Positions 1 through 10,119 are shown, numbered from the stretch's first letter. The stretch is 64,000 nucleotides of DNA from Lepidodermella squamata (GCA_047495785.1 JBLDXI010000013.1:1-64000), one strand, 5' to 3'. Numbers and translations are program-made. The notes: generated from the letters alone by a model not told the origin.

Positions 1-15
1 ACATCTCGTGAGAGT
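1..15. other. Probable untrimmed PacBio barcode adapter remnant (bc1003-type, lacking first 2 nt)
   Basis: ACATCTCGTGAGAGT at the very start is identical to 1119-1133. As I recall it, it matches PacBio barcode bc1003 ACACATCTCGTGAGAG plus the T overhang. Confidence 0.8.
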
Positions 16-16
16 C

Positions 17-395
17 ATACGGATAAGCAAATGTAACCGAATCAACTAATAAAAGAACGTATTGTAAAGAAATTGTGTGCCTTTTTTATAAGAAAGTAAA
101 CACATTCCATTGTTTTCCAAACAAATTACCTTGGAGACACAGACCCAACATAGCGCGGCAAAACAGAAAAACATAAATATTCAATCGATAGTTCAAAATA
201 TCGATAGTTGGTGCAGGTTTACAATTATTGGATGAGCAAGATACTGGACAAGTTATTAGGGTTGAGAATTGATTCCAGCTTGATGGAAACTTGAATTATT
301 TAATTTGGTCGTAATTCTGAAATTCTACGGTGAATTGGGATTGCAAAACCCACACCTACCCTAAACTAACCCTAACCAGAACCCTGAACCTAACC
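17..395 (+). repeat. Fragment of subtelomeric L unit
   Basis: Near-identical to 16016-16395 (one 1-nt indel). It runs into pure CCCTAA repeats at the degenerate telomere-like segment gaacctaacc. Confidence 0.9.
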
Positions 396-1116
396 CTAAC
401 CCTAACCCTAACCCTAACCCTAACCCTAACCCTAACCCTAACCCTAACCCTAACCCTAACCCTAACCCTAACCCTAACCCTAACCCTAACCCTAACCCTA
501 ACCCCTAACCCTAACCCTAACCCTAACCCTAACCCTAACCCTAACCCTAACCCTAACCCTAACCCTAACCCTAACCCTAACCCTAACCCTAACCTAACCC
601 TAACCCTAACCCTAACCCTAACCCTAACCCTAACCCTAACCCTAACCCTAACCCTAACCCTAACCCTAACCCTAACCCTAACCCTAACCCTAACCCTAAC
701 CCTAACCCTAACCCTAACCCTAACCCTAACCCTAACCCTAACCCTAACCCTAACCCTAACCCTAACCCTAACCCTAACCCTAACCCCTAACCCTAACCCT
801 AACCCTAACCCTAACCCTAACCCTAACCCTAACCCTAACCCTAACCCTAACCCTAACCCTAACCCTAACCCTAACCCTAACCCTAACCCTAACCCTAACC
901 CTAACCCTAACCCTAACCCTAACCCTAACCCTAACCCTAACCCTAACCCTAACCCTAACCCTAACCCTAACCCTAACCCTAACCCTAACCCTAACCCTAA
1001 CCCTAACCCTAACCCTAACCCTAACCCTAACCCTAACCCTAACCCTAACCCTAACCCTAACCCTAACCCTAACCCTAACCCTAACCCTAACCCTAACCCT
1101 AACCCTAACCCTAACC
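387..1116 (+). repeat. Telomeric repeat tract (CCCTAA)n, ~120 units
   Basis: Direct read. A few 1-nt slips occur (CCCCTAA, CCTAA). Confidence 0.99.
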
Positions 1117-1133
1117 ACACATCTCGTGAGAGT
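1117..1133. other. Probable PacBio barcode adapter (bc1003-type) embedded in telomeric tract
   Basis: ACACATCTCGTGAGAGT interrupts the CCCTAA array, and the same sequence is at position 1. Confidence 0.8.
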
Positions 1134-1176
1134 CCTAACCCTAACCCTAACCCTAACCCTAACCCTAACCCAACCC
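1134..1176 (+). repeat. Telomeric cap of PLE copy 1
   Basis: (CCCTAA)n ending in the variant CCCAACCC, directly joined to 5'-truncated element sequence. Confidence 0.95.
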
Positions 1177-1914
1177 GGGAGCATCGATTTAGTCGTCGCC
1201 CCAGCTGCCAGTGTTTCACCGATAGCCAGCGTCTCACATCCCACGGCCGTCGACCTGGATCTTTTTGCAATTCCCGGTACACCCGCACTTACAGAACCAC
1301 CAGTACGTAATGCGGACTTGGAGACAATGGCTAATGAGAACATCGATGTCGACGCACCTGGTACTTCATCCACTCCGATGCTATCTGTCGTACGCGAGGA
1401 TGTCGATATCGATACGCCTGGTACTTCCTTCCCTCCGATGCTAGTTGCTGTAGCAGCTCCAACTCCACAAACCGGCGGCAAGCGCGTGCTGTCGTCTACT
1501 TGCTTCTTTCGTTCGCCAAGTGTGACTTCCTCGGGTCTGGCAAAACGAACCAAGGCTAATGTCACATGTGAATCAGATATCGAAGATGATGACGATTTCT
1601 CCGTCACCTCAACACCGACGACATCCCAAGTTTCGAAGGCCCACAAGGTCAGTGGATCGCTACGTTACGAAGCGGAAAAACGGTTTTGGTTGGAACTCGT
1701 GGCCGATCCGGCTTGGATCGGCAAAGTGTTGTTCGTCAAGCCGGCAAAGGGTGAATTGATTTGTAAAATCAAGAATTGCGGTTTCGGCTGCGTGAAAATA
1801 GGTGGTATGATCGGACACTTCACTGCCACGCATCCCTCAATGGCGCCGACGGCTACACGGCTGGCTGACCTGCGCACAGAGAAAATGGCACTTCACTTAT
1901 CGAAGCTGAAGTAA
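1177..1914 (+). pseudogene. 5'-truncated zinc-finger ORF of PLE copy 1
   Basis: Same translation as the C-terminal part of 7091-8164 (GSIDLVV...LHLSKLK), apart from one A/V change. Confidence 0.85.
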
Positions 1915-2468
1915 CTGAACAATTTCCTGATGTTCTGTTGTCTTTTTTCTTGTTGATGAATGCCTGTAGGCGAGAAATTGTTGAATTGTTGAACGATGAA
2001 CACAGGCTCTGGAATAAAATGAAATGTTGAAACTAGATTTGGCTGTCTTTTGTTATTTACTTGGTGTCAAAAAGAGTCTAAACTTGCTGTCTTATTGAAA
2101 GGTCAAAGCCAGGCAAAACCTTCACAGATGAATTTAAAAAAATCTCTTGTTTCAACGGCGGATCTCAGGAAAGTCGATACTCAGATAAATTAAAAAAGGA
2201 TCACCCTAAAAAACTAATGGGTCAGGATAGTATGAGGCAGCCTGGGAATCATCTCCGTCTGCGTGAAGAGGGAGGGATAATGTCATAGTACTAAACGAGT
2301 ACTCAATACAGCAGGAACACGGGATTGTCAACAAGACATGTGATACTGCCTATTTGGGTCCCTACCCCAACCATATCTACATATAGGGAATGAATACTAA
2401 GATAGCGGAGTAGACAATAGAGATACTGAGGGTAGGATAACGAGACTAAAACCCGAAAATAGGGCAAG

Positions 2469-2703
2469 ATCTATCTCTATCTCTATCCCTATCTCTATCT
2501 CTATCCCTATCCATATCCCTATCCCTATCCCTATCCTTATCCTTATCCCTATCCTCATCCTTATCCTTATCCTTATCCTCATCCTCATCCTTATCCGTAT
2601 CCTTATCCTTATCCCTATCCGTATCCTTATCTCTATCCCTGTCCGTATCCTTATCTCTATCCCTATCCCCATCCTTATCTCTATCCACACCCCTATCCTT
2701 ATC
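2469..2703 (+). repeat. Degenerate hexamer microsatellite (CCCTAT/CTCTAT/CCTTAT) in PLE copy 1
   Basis: Direct read. Equivalent tracts are at ~8719-8935 and ~14093-14333, with different lengths. Confidence 0.95.
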
Positions 2704-2983
2704 TTGATCTATGATAAGGATATGATTAGAGATTGTGGAGATAAGAGGGCGGGAGAGCCGGAGGAAGGGCATATGAGTACATTTAGCATTTATTTCAACT
2801 ACTTCGAAGTTGAAAACCTATTCCGAACTTCATCCCTATTCTGGCTAGGATGACCTTGAAATAGCATGCGGCTATTATTCCCGCCAAAAGCCATGTGCTC
2901 GCCACGTGGCGCAGTAGAAAGACGGTAGCGCTGTTTATAAACGCTGCTCATTCGATTCATTATCTCTACGCTTAACAAATACT

Positions 2984-3054
2984 AGCAACTGAAGTCACTG
3001 ATGAGCCTGTTACCCCCAGGCGAAACCGGTCTGACTACTCACGGGGTTGTTGCT
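2984..3054 (+). ncRNA. Type I hammerhead ribozyme (PLE copy 1)
   Basis: Helix I AGTCA/TGACT, core CTGATGA (2998-3004), helix II GCCTG/CAGGC, GAAA, minimal palindromic helix III ACCGGT, GUC cleavage after 3031. Confidence 0.93.
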
Positions 3055-3140
3055 TTTTCATTCTAGACTGTTTTTTCGAGTATAGCCAGTTATAAATGGC
3101 ATTTTTCCGCATAATTTTAATTGTTTTATTTATAGCTATT

Positions 3141-3418
3141 GCTTCCCTATACGGGTGGCTGCCTTTTATTTTACTTCCCTATATGGGTGGTCATGGCTTG
3201 AACAATTATAGGTTATAACTGGTATTATTTCTTAGATAATTACGTGAAATAATACCGTTATATTATGGTTTTTTTCAAATTGTCCTCTCTATTTTTGCAG
3301 CTATTGCTTCCCTTTATGGGTGGCTGTTTTTAATTTGCTTCCCTGTATGGGTGGCTTTGTCCATTTTACTACCCAGACGGGTGCTAAAATTATTATAAGC
3401 TTCCCTTTATGGGTGGCC
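3141..3418 (+). repeat. Array of ~6 short hairpin motifs (GCTTCCC-N5-GGGTGGC) in PLE
   Basis: Repeated motif gcttccc(tttat/tatac/tgtat)gggtggc. Also present at ~9373-9650 and ~14772-15049. Confidence 0.85.
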
Positions 3419-3666
3419 ATGTCATTTATGCCATGTTCTCACTAGAGGCATGTCGCATTTTTGAGCGCAATTAGCGTCATCTCTACTGTTTTGCTCAATA
3501 ATAACATTGTTATGTTCTCCTTTTTAGAAGAATATTACTGAAAGTAATTACGTCCACAGCGAGATCGACTCTACCAACACCTTTGCCAAAAACTGAGGTA
3601 AATTGTGCCATTCCATTTCATTTTTAGAGATTATTTAACGATAGAGAGGATTTGTGACGTTTTCGT

Positions 3667-3756
3667 CCCTATCCCTATCTCTATCCCTATCTCTATCCCT
3701 ATCCCTATCCCTATCCCTATCTCTATCTCCGTCCCTATCTCTATCTCTATCCCTAT
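3667..3756 (+). repeat. Second (CCCTAT/CTCTAT)n microsatellite in PLE
   Basis: Direct read. Also at ~9899-9988 and ~15297-15387. Confidence 0.95.
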
Positions 3757-4003
3757 TTGTGGATTGATAGTCATTTTCATAATAGGAAAGGGATTTTCCG
3801 CTATTTTTCGAGATTAACTGCGTCTCAAGTAGCATTAGAGCTAACTGCCGGGGTGCTTAGGCTACCTGTCTGGTAATTCTCTCCTAACTAACCCTAACTT
3901 TTGAGCTCGAGTCATGAGTACGATGTGAACGAGATGCGGTTTCTCATCTCGTATTATTTGCGGGTCAAATCTTTTAAACTGTTCAATTTTCATCTTTTGC
4001 CAG

Positions 4004-6964
4004 ATGTCAGAAATGCCCGGTAAGCATAACAACCGCGGTCCCCGAAACTTCGGCCCTAACCAACAGCGCGGCAACTACAACAACAATCGTAACCAACCTT
4101 ACGGCAATAGTAACGGCAATACCAACGGTAACGGTCACGGCAACGTCAACGGCAACAGTCGAGAACGAGCCCCGGTCAACACTCTCAAGGCGAAAATCGA
4201 CGAAGCCTTCCGAATGTACCAACCGAAAGCGGCGCAAAGTGTTGACGCGCTAGATCGTGCAATCGTCATGTTCGGAGCTCTATGGCCTAGAGCCTTTGAA
4301 GTCTTTGATCTATTGTCGGGCTATAAAATCCGATGCGCCAACCTGGGTAAAGACAATGCAGTCGTTCAACAGGTTTGTACTCTAAAACCTAACTGCATTG
4401 ATAATATATCTGTATTTTTCTGATAGGTCGTGATTGCCTTAGTCGATGGAGTCATCAGTGACTATGCCCCTTTGTTAACTGAAGCCATCGACCTGGCTGT
4501 CAAGGTGGCTATGGAGCAAGAGCGATTGAAGTTAACGGCGGCACTGACTAGTCTGGCTGCCAATTTCTTGAACCTCAAGGAGGTGTACGAGACAGCCACC
4601 CAAGGCACACGTTGTTCCCTGGATGACGCCTTGTTGGCAACTTGGCGCGACGCGGACAAACGGTCTGTGGGTCTGACTGCCGACATCAAAATTACTTGGA
4701 CGCCTTGGCCAATGATGGCTACTGCACGTACCATCGGGCGCACGTTGAACACTGAAGGTCTATGTCGCGTTGCGGCATCTGTGTTAAGTCACGACTGGAC
4801 GACCGGAGGGACTGATAAAGAAACGCGCTTCGTCACCTTGCTACGCCTTACGGACGAATTCCTGGCACTCGAGTTGGCCACGAATGGGACCATCGATGGT
4901 CCTCCTACCCAGCCTGGTGCTGCTGGCACGTCCTCAGGTAGGAAAATTAGCGATTCTACTTTTTCCCTAAGTACGAACTGTTTAACATGGGCAGATTTAG
5001 ATTTCTTTAATTGCGAAGCCCTGAAAACCAATTCAAAATTCATTATTGACTTTTTATTTGCACGCCCCAGCGTATGGTACCTAACCTGTAGAATGGAACC
5101 CGGGCATCCAATGCGATGCCTTCGCTCCAATTTTCAAAACAACAAACTTTGGGTTCTTTGTCAGGAACATGCCTCTTGCTTTCACTCTGAAAAACAATTA
5201 TGGTTTCACTTGGAGAATTGCCACCTACAGGATCTCTTTATTATCGAGGACATTCCTCGGCTTACCTCGCATTTATACGGGGTTAACATTTCTCTAATGG
5301 ATAAATTACCAATCCACTCCTCGTCCCAACCAGCTTTGAATTTATCTGAGGACAATAAAAAATGGGAGAAGAAAGGTGTTATTGACCTCACCGGGAAACT
5401 ATCTATCGAGTTAAAAAACCAGCTATCCAAAGGTTTAAAATTTGTTAAACTTACTCGTAGTGATCTCCGTAATTCCATTTTTGAAGCAAAGGAAAAAATC
5501 GATGAACTCAAAGTAAAATTGAGTCGCAAATTGAGAAGAGACCTAAATTTTAAGCTCCGTAATGAGCTATCTAGTCTCAATAATGATATCCCCAACGTAC
5601 CCTCAGATGTCTGGATTACCAAGAGCGATAAGGGCAATGTAGTGGTTGCAATCGCTAAAAATACCTACTGTAAAATGGGTGAGAAATTTCTTAACAATGC
5701 GACTACCTTTCGTAAGACTGAAACTGATGGCTTTACGGAATTCAGAAAATCTATCAATGACCTCAGAACAGAATGGCTAGCCTTCTCCCCTGATACCCTC
5801 AATAAATGGAAAAAAGTCTTTGTCAAATCGAAAAACCTCCGCACGAAATTCATTTACTTTCTTCCAAAACTCCACAAAGCAGCCGATAATGAAAGTCTTC
5901 TGAAAGTAAGACCCATCACCGACGGAACTAATACCTACACCTCTCAAGCTGACAAAGCTCTGTATAAAAAATTACGTAAGGCAAGACTTAGCTTGACAAC
6001 GGTCGTACACAGTAGCACAGAGGTTCTTAGCGAAATTCGGGCCTTGAATGATAGTGGAAAAAACCTGGATGAAGCAATCATCTGCACCGCTGATATCAGC
6101 GACATGTACAACCAAATCCCCCTTTTTGAAGCCGTAGACGGAGTGGCTTCCTACCTCAGAGAGCACGATATCCTAGAACCTGTTGAAAGACGCTTAGTAT
6201 GCAAAGCCATTTACATTGTTTTGAGCTCAAGTTCTGTCAAATTCAATGACAAGTGGTATCGCCAAATTCAGGGTCTAGCTATGGGTGGTCATCTCTCCCC
6301 TTGGGTTGCTAATAATTGGCTCTACATACTTGAACGCAACCTGTGGATAATCCACTCACCCTTAGTAGGCTGTCGGTATCTTGATGACCTATTATCCATT
6401 TTTCTCAACAACCAGCGATCTGCTGAATTCATGAAAGAATACAGCCGTCTGCACCCCAATATAAAATTGGAAATTAACACTTCGGAGCATAGCGCCCAGT
6501 ATTTGGACCTTATCATCTATAAGAAAGATGGTCGTGTAGAAACCGGTGTCTACTTCAAACCAACTGATAGCCTCTCTCTACTGAGCAACGGTTCGGAACA
6601 CCCATCTCACATTTTTTCCGGAGTGATAGAATCACAAATCTTGAGATACTCCCGAATTGCCTCAACTTTCAAAGACTGGGCTATAGCGGTACTCAGCCTA
6701 TGTCATAGCCTCCTGAGAAGGGGATATACATGGACACTTGTGGCATCAACCATCAAGGGCACCTTGAAAAAATTGGAGAATAAGGAATGGCCCTTCATTA
6801 ATAAGAAACTAACAAATAAACCATACGAAACAATGCACGTCCTGCACTACGCAAAATCCCTTGAACCCGTATATAAAACCATTAAAAAACATGGTCGATT
6901 GGCACTTAAGCTGAATAAAAATAATAGAAAGCGTTTCACCAAATCTGAATTTTCAGGAATGTAA
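4004..6964 (+). CDS. PLE reverse transcriptase polyprotein (exons 4004-4372 + 4427-6964, ~968 aa), no GIY-YIG endonuclease
   Basis: PLE RT motifs: KSDKGN, YFLPKLHK, VRPI, TADISDMY, QGLAMGGHLSP, RYLDD, YLDL, VYFKPT, SEHP...SQILRYSRIAS, RGY. A 54-nt GT-AG intron (4373-4426) joins the 139-aa ORF in frame. No GIY-YIG motif is visible at either end. Confidence 0.9.
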
Positions 6965-7127
6965 TGGTTGGTACCCAGCAATGCGAGCCTATTAGCTGGC
7001 AGCCTCAACAACACGCTGATGTGAAATGATGATATTTGACTACAAATAAAAAAGAAAGGGGAATTACCACTGTCTTTTGAATTACTTTGGTTGCTAATCA
7101 TGATCGTAACTTTACTCTTATACTCAG

Positions 7128-8164
7128 ACTGGATCACCGGTAAGGAGTTTAGCTTCGGCCTCGTCATGGACGCCAAGCGATATGCCCCACCGGGTGGTTT
7201 TCGCGCCCCAGTACCATCACCAGTCACCTTCGGTCATCCGACGGTCGTCAGGCGTTCTTCGACGCCTTTGGTCGCACCGCGCCCGGCTGAAACGCCTCTT
7301 GACTCAGATACGGATAGTGACTCATCAGAAGATGCGTTGCTTATGCCTGCCAACTCGGAACAGATCAGTGTTGAACCAGCAGACCTTGATGTCTCTATCC
7401 TGAACCCGCCTTTCGATCAGGCGATCGGGAGCATCGATTTAGTCGTCGCCCCAGCTGCCAGTGTTTCACCGATAGCCAGCGTCTCACATCCCACGGCCGT
7501 CGACCTGGATCTTTTTGCAATTCCCGGTACACCCGCACTTACAGAACCACCAGTACGTAATGCGGACTTGGAGACAATGGCTAATGAGAACATCGATGTC
7601 GACGCACCTGGTACTTCATCCACTCCGATGCTATCTGCCGTACGCGAGGATGTCGATATCGATACGCCTGGTACTTCCTTCCCTCCGATGCTAGTTGCTG
7701 TAGCAGCTCCAACTCCACAAACCGGCGGCAAGCGCGTGCTGTCGTCTACTTGCTTCTTTCGTTCGCCAAGTGTGACTTCCTCGGGTCTGGCAAAACGAAC
7801 CAAGGCTAATGTCACATGTGAATCAGATATCGAAGATGATGACGATTTCTCCGTCACCTCAACACCGACGACATCCCAAGTTTCGAAGGCCCACAAGGTC
7901 AGTGGATCGCTACGTTACGAAGCGGAAAAACGGTTTTGGTTGGAACTCGTGGCCGATCCGGCTTGGATCGGCAAAGTGTTGTTCGTCAAGCCGGCAAAGG
8001 GTGAATTGATTTGTAAAATCAAGAATTGCGGTTTCGGCTGCGTGAAAATAGGTGGTATGATCGGACACTTCACTGCCACGCATCCCTCAATGGCGCCGAC
8101 GGCTACACGGCTGGCTGACCTGCGCACAGAGAAAATGGCACTTCACTTATCGAAGCTGAAGTAA
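7128..8164 (+). CDS. PLE downstream ORF: S/T/P/D-rich linker plus C-terminal C2H2/BED-like zinc finger
   Basis: Open in all copies. CKIKNC-x12-HFTATH (C-x4-C-x12-H-x4-H) at 8012-8083. It is preceded by a splice acceptor at 7126-7127 (alternative start ATG 7166) and followed by AATAAA at ~8263. Confidence 0.75.
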
Positions 8165-9215
8165 CTGAACAATTTCCTGATGTTCTGTTGTCTTTTTTCT
8201 TGTTGATGAATGCCTGTAGGCGAGAAATTGTTGAATTGTTGAACGATGAACACAGGCTCTGGAATAAAATGAAATGTTGAAACTAGATTTGGCTGTCTTT
8301 TGTTATTTACTTGGTGTCAAAAAGAGTCTAAACTTGCTGTCTTATTGAAAGGTCAAAGCCAGGCAAAACCTTCACAGATGAATTTAAAAAAATCTCTTGT
8401 TTCAACGGCGGATCTCAGGAAAGTCGATACTCAGATAAATTAAAAAAGGATCACCCTAAAAAACTAATGGGTCAGGATAGTATGAGGCAGCCTGGGAATC
8501 ATCTCCGTCTGCGTGAAGAGGGAGGGATAATGTCATAGTACTAAACGAGTACTCAATACAGCAGGAACACGGGATTGTCAACAAGACATGTGATACTGCC
8601 TATTTGGGTCCCTACCCCAACCATATCTACATATAGGGAATGAATACTAAGATAGCGGAGTAGACAATAGAGATACTGAGGGTAGGATAACGAGACTAAA
8701 ACCCGAAAATAGGGCAAGATCTATCTCTATCTCTATCCCTATCCATATCCCTATCCCTATCCCTATCCTTATCCTTATCCCTATCCTCATCCTTATCCTT
8801 ATCCTTATCCTCATCCTCATCCTTATCCGTATCCTTATCCTTATCCCTATCCGTATCCTTATCTCTATCCCTGTCCGTATCCTTATCTCTATCCCTATCC
8901 CCATCCTTATCTCTATCCACACCCCTATCCTTATCTTGATCTATGATAAGGATATGATTAGAGATTGTGGAGATAAGAGGGCGGGAGAGCCGGAGGAAGG
9001 GCATATGAGTACATTTAGCATTTATTTCAACTACTTCGAAGTTGAAAACCTATTCCGAACTTCATCCCTATTCTGGCTAGGATGACCTTGAAATAGCATG
9101 CGGCTATTATTCCCGCCAAAAGCCATGTGCTCGCCACGTGGCGCAGTAGAAAGACGGTAGCGCTGTTTATAAACGCTGCTCATTCGATTCATTATCTCTA
9201 CGCTTAACAAATACT

Positions 9216-9286
9216 AGCAACTGAAGTCACTGATGAGCCTGTTACCCCCAGGCGAAACCGGTCTGACTACTCACGGGGTTGTTGCT
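9216..9286 (+). ncRNA. Type I hammerhead ribozyme (PLE copy 2)
   Basis: Identical to 2984-3054. Predicted cleavage after 9263. Confidence 0.93.
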
Positions 9287-10119
9287 TTTTCATTCTAGAC
9301 TGTTTTTTCGAGTATAGCCAGTTATAAATGGCATTTTTCCGCATAATTTTAATTGTTTTATTTATAGCTATTGCTTCCCTATACGGGTGGCTGCCTTTTA
9401 TTTTACTTCCCTATATGGGTGGTCATGGCTTGAACAATTATAGGTTATAACTGGTATTATTTCTTAGATAATTACGTGAAATAATACCGTTATATTATGG
9501 TTTTTTTCAAATTGTCCTCTCTATTTTTGCAGCTATTGCTTCCCTTTATGGGTGGCTGTTTTTAATTTGCTTCCCTGTATGGGTGGCTTTGTCCATTTTA
9601 CTACCCAGACGGGTGCTAAAATTATTATAAGCTTCCCTTTATGGGTGGCCATGTCATTTATGCCATGTTCTCACTAGAGGCATGTCGCATTTTTGAGCGC
9701 AATTAGCGTCATCTCTACTGTTTTGCTCAATAATAACATTGTTATGTTCTCCTTTTTAGAAGAATATTACTGAAAGTAATTACGTCCACAGCGAGATCGA
9801 CTCTACCAACACCTTTGCCAAAAACTGAGGTAAATTGTGCCATTCCATTTCATTTTTAGAGATTATTTAACGATAGAGAGGATTTGTGACGTTTTCGTCC
9901 CTATCCCTATCTCTATCCCTATCTCTATCCCTATCCCTATCCCTATCCCTATCTCTATCTCCGTCCCTATCTCTATCTCTATCCCTATTTGTGGATTGAT
10001 AGTCATTTTCATAATAGGAAAGGGATTTTCCGCTATTTTTCGAGATTAACTGCGTCTCAAGTAGCATTAGAGCTAACTGCCGGGGTGCTTAGGCTACCTG
10101 TCTGGTAATTCTCTCCTAA

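Larger units (their letters stand above)
1176..3898 (+). mobile_element. Endonuclease-deficient Penelope-like element, copy 1 (5'-truncated; upstream partial tandem/pLTR-like repeat of copy 2)
   Basis: Near-identical to 7426-10130. It starts inside the zinc-finger ORF and reads through CTAACCCTAAC (3888-3898) into copy 2 without a telomeric tract. Confidence 0.92.

Noticed and set aside
330-1646. Long ORFs of LT/PN/GL/VR dipeptides
   Set aside because: They are translations of telomeric repeats, not genes.
2397-2772. DR/DK- and IR/IG-repeat ORFs (also near 3.6, 8.7, 9.9, 14.1 and 15.3 kb)
   Set aside because: They are stop-free frames of hexamer microsatellites, and the upstream frame differs between copies.
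3838-3885. Possible twister or HDV-like ribozyme near the PLE 3' end or in the L/S 3' domain
   Set aside because: I could not build the required pseudoknots or find the conserved core residues.
4430-6964. RT as telomerase (TERT) or LINE ORF2
   Set aside because: It has the PLE-specific DKG and thumb motifs, no recognisable TERT T/CP motifs and no APE domain, and it is multicopy with hammerheads.
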